A DNA stretch of 64,000 bases, from the NCBI GenBank assembly GCA_964291295.2, contig OZ219754.1:1440001-1504000 (forward strand), in the 5' to 3' direction. Of the stretch, positions 61,797 to 64,000 are shown one piece after another (within the stretch, counting starts at the first letter, position 1; each line of letters opens with the position of its first letter). The notes beneath the pieces are model-generated. The model worked only from the letters and a program-made list of their open reading frames with translations. It did no database searches and was not told where the DNA came from. The translations under genes and the position numbers were made by a program. Source of the stretch: an uncultured Candidatus Binatia bacterium. Its GTDB lineage: Bacteria > Desulfobacterota > Binatia > UBA9968 > JAJDTQ01.

Positions 61797-64000
61797 ATGG
61801 CGGTTCGCGGCGTAGATCCCAACGAAGAGAAGAAGTCCTACGGGGCAGTCTTTTTCGTAGGCTCCATTCTTCTGGTGGTGGTGGCCCTGTGGGCGGTGTT
61901 CGACGACAACATCACCCGGCGGGTGTGGAAGATCCATCAGACCGAGTTCATCCGCACGGATTACGAACGCGCCGCCGCGGCATTGGCCAGGGAGCAGGAG
62001 CGACTGAACGCGGACCCCAAGTACCAGGAACTGGTGAAGAGGCGCGACGCCGAGTTGCGGAGCCTCGACAGCGGCGAGAAGGGTGAGCGGCTGGCGGAGA
62101 TGAAGGAGCTTCAGCAGCAGGTGGAGGTCGAATACTTCGACGCCGATCAGGAGGTCAAGTTCGTCAAGAGCCAGCAGGAGGAGGCGTGGTACGAGTTCGA
62201 CCACGCCGTCCAGCAGGGCCGGGACGCGGGTCCGTACCGGAAGCACATCACGGAGTTGGAAGAAATCCAGCACTCGCTGGAGCCCGCGCTGGCGGCGGCC
62301 CGCAGGAAGCGCGCGGATGTCAAGGCGGAGATCAGGGAAGTCGGCAGCGCCCTGAAGGCCATCGAGGAACAGCTTTACGGGATGGAGGGCGAGATACGGA
62401 AGGCGCGGCGCCAGATGGACAACGCCACGGTCACCGTCGGCCCGGAGGGTTTCCCGCAGTTTACCCTCTACAAGGTTCCCAAGATCGAGCAGGTGGTGCT
62501 CAAGGATTTCGACCGCAACAATTTCGACCAGCAGGTGGACAGGGTGGACCGTTGCCAGAGTTGCCACATCGCCATCAACCGCGCCGGATTCGATGACCTG
62601 CCGCATCCCCTGAAGACGCACCCCCGGCGCAGGGTCTTCCTGGGCGACGCGGCGCATCCGCCCCGCATCTACGGCTGCACCGCCTGCCATGAAGGACAGG
62701 GGGAGGCTGTCAACAGCCTGGCCCAGGCCCACGGCAATGTGAAGTTCTGGGAACATCCGCTGCTTGAGGGCAACGACGTGCAGGCCAACTGCATTACCTG
62801 TCATCTGAACGTCCAGGGTCTGGAGGGCGCCGAGGTGGTGGCGCACGGGCAACGGATCTTCGAACAGGTGGGCTGCACCGGTTGTCATCTGGTGGAGGGC
62901 TACGACGACATTCCCAAGGTCGGCCCCAGCCTCAGAAAGGTCCGCGCCAAGGTGGATCCCGCCTGGATGGTCCAGTGGATCCAGGATCCGCGCGCATTTC
63001 GGCCGCACACCCGCATGCCGCACTTCTACTTCAATGAGGAGGAGGCGGTGGCCGCGGCCTCCTATCTGTGGGCTGCGTCGAAGCAGGAAGCCGATGCCTG
63101 GCTCCAGCAGTCGCCCATGCCGGAAGGGTACCGGCCGGGCGACGCGGCCATGGTCGAGAAGGGCAGGGAGCTGGCCCGCGCGGTGGGTTGCCTGGGATGC
63201 CACGGACTGGCCGAAGGCGAGTTCACCACGCGCATCGCGGGCAAGGACCTGGTGCCGAACCTGAAGGACATCGCCGCCAAGGCGAACCCGCGCTGGACCT
63301 ACCACTGGCTGCGGAATCCCAAGGGCTACAACCCGGACACCCGGATGCCGAGCCTGCGGCTGTCGGACGACGAGGCGCTGGCGCTGACCACCTACCTGAT
63401 GACGCTGGGCTCCAGGCCCGAGCCGGACGCCGGGATGGTGGCCCGCCTTGAGCAGCCCGACAACATCGCCAGGGGCGAGAGGCTGGTGCGAAAGTACGGA
63501 TGCGCCGGCTGTCACGACATCCCGGGGATGGAAAAGGAGTCCCGCATCGGCGTCGAACTCACGACGTTCGGCTCCAAGCCGCTGGAGGAGCTGTTCTTCG
63601 GCAACGATACGACCATCAAGCACACCTGGAAGGATTGGACCTTCAACAAGATCCGCAATCCGCGGGTGTATGCCACGGAGCGGGTGGAGCAGTTGATGCC
63701 CCACTTCGATCTGCCCGATGAAGACATCAAGGCCCTGCGGGTGCTGCTGCATGGTTTCGTGGAGCGGAAGGTGCCCGAGGCATTCAAGGCGGATCACTCC
63801 GAGCGGGCGCGGCATATCCTGGCGGGGCGCCGGCAGATCCAGGAGTACAATTGCGTGGGCTGCCACGTCATCAACGGCGAGGGCGGATACGTTGCAAAGT
63901 ACTACGAGGAGAACCCGACCCTTGCCCCGCCGATGCTCAACGGGCAGGGCGAGAAGGTTCAGGCCAACTGGCTGTTCGGCTTCCTGCAGAACCCGGAAAC
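61797..64000 (+). CDS. Membrane-anchored multiheme cytochrome c (at least 7 CxxCH), truncated by the window end
   Basis: Open frame from ATG 61797 (GGGAG RBS) to the end. N-terminal TM and coiled coil; CxxCH at 62553, 62676, 62790, 62874, 63189, 63501 and 63852; repeated W...P.......MP motifs. Confidence 0.9.
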   Translation, partial: MAVRGVDPNEEKKSYGAVFFVGSILLVVVALWAVFDDNITRRVWKIHQTEFIRTDYERAAAALAREQERLNADPKYQELVKRRDAELRSLDSGEKGERLAEMKELQQQVEVEYFDADQEVKFVKSQQEEAWYEFDHAVQQGRDAGPYRKHITELEEIQHSLEPALAAARRKRADVKAEIREVGSALKAIEEQLYGMEGEIRKARRQMDNATVTVGPEGFPQFTLYKVPKIEQVVLKDFDRNNFDQQVDRVDRCQSCHIAINRAGFDDLPHPLKTHPRRRVFLGDAAHPPRIYGCTACHEGQGEAVNSLAQAHGNVKFWEHPLLEGNDVQANCITCHLNVQGLEGAEVVAHGQRIFEQVGCTGCHLVEGYDDIPKVGPSLRKVRAKVDPAWMVQWIQDPRAFRPHTRMPHFYFNEEEAVAAASYLWAASKQEADAWLQQSPMPEGYRPGDAAMVEKGRELARAVGCLGCHGLAEGEFTTRIAGKDLVPNLKDIAAKANPRWTYHWLRNPKGYNPDTRMPSLRLSDDEALALTTYLMTLGSRPEPDAGMVARLEQPDNIARGERLVRKYGCAGCHDIPGMEKESRIGVELTTFGSKPLEELFFGNDTTIKHTWKDWTFNKIRNPRVYATERVEQLMPHFDLPDEDIKALRVLLHGFVERKVPEAFKADHSERARHILAGRRQIQEYNCVGCHVINGEGGYVAKYYEENPTLAPPMLNGQGEKVQANWLFGFLQNPE

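Overview
High-GC bacterial chromosomal window from a Gram-negative (LPS-making) organism. The xerC-hslVU-argBDFGH-lysA-dapFAB and kdsB-pyrG-kdsA-kdsD-lptCAB-rpoN-ptsN-rapZ-HPr-metK-ahcY gene order is Deltaproteobacteria/Desulfobacterota-like (inference). Most of it is housekeeping: tldD/pmbA, a peptide ABC transporter, KDO/Lpt genes, the SAM cycle, hemW, a 2-oxoacid:ferredoxin oxidoreductase, moaA, Arg/Lys biosynthesis and the start of a Rieske/cytochrome b complex. Five things stand out. (1) An accessory locus at about 13.0-20.3 kb carries three tandem paralogous lipoproteins (Ala-rich stalk, variable middle, TbpB-like C-terminal barrel) followed by a Slam/type XI secretion-like translocon; the copies are mosaic, and the third has an in-frame TAG 42 codons before its natural end. 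(2) An OsmC-like gene split by an in-frame UGA at the catalytic Cys position, followed by a SECIS-like hairpin, is a probable selenoprotein missed by the ORF track. (3) At least a dozen 9-15 nt tandem micro-duplications sit mostly at gene boundaries, including an 8x15-nt array whose substitutions are mostly synonymous in the frame of the downstream gene. (4) A split, b6-like Rieske/cyt b operon is followed by a cytochrome c with at least 7 hemes, which is absent from the ORF track and runs off the window. (5) An archaeal-type GAPDH homolog is present. No rRNA, tRNA, CRISPR array or transposase was recognised. All calls come from motif reading by eye; no searches were run.
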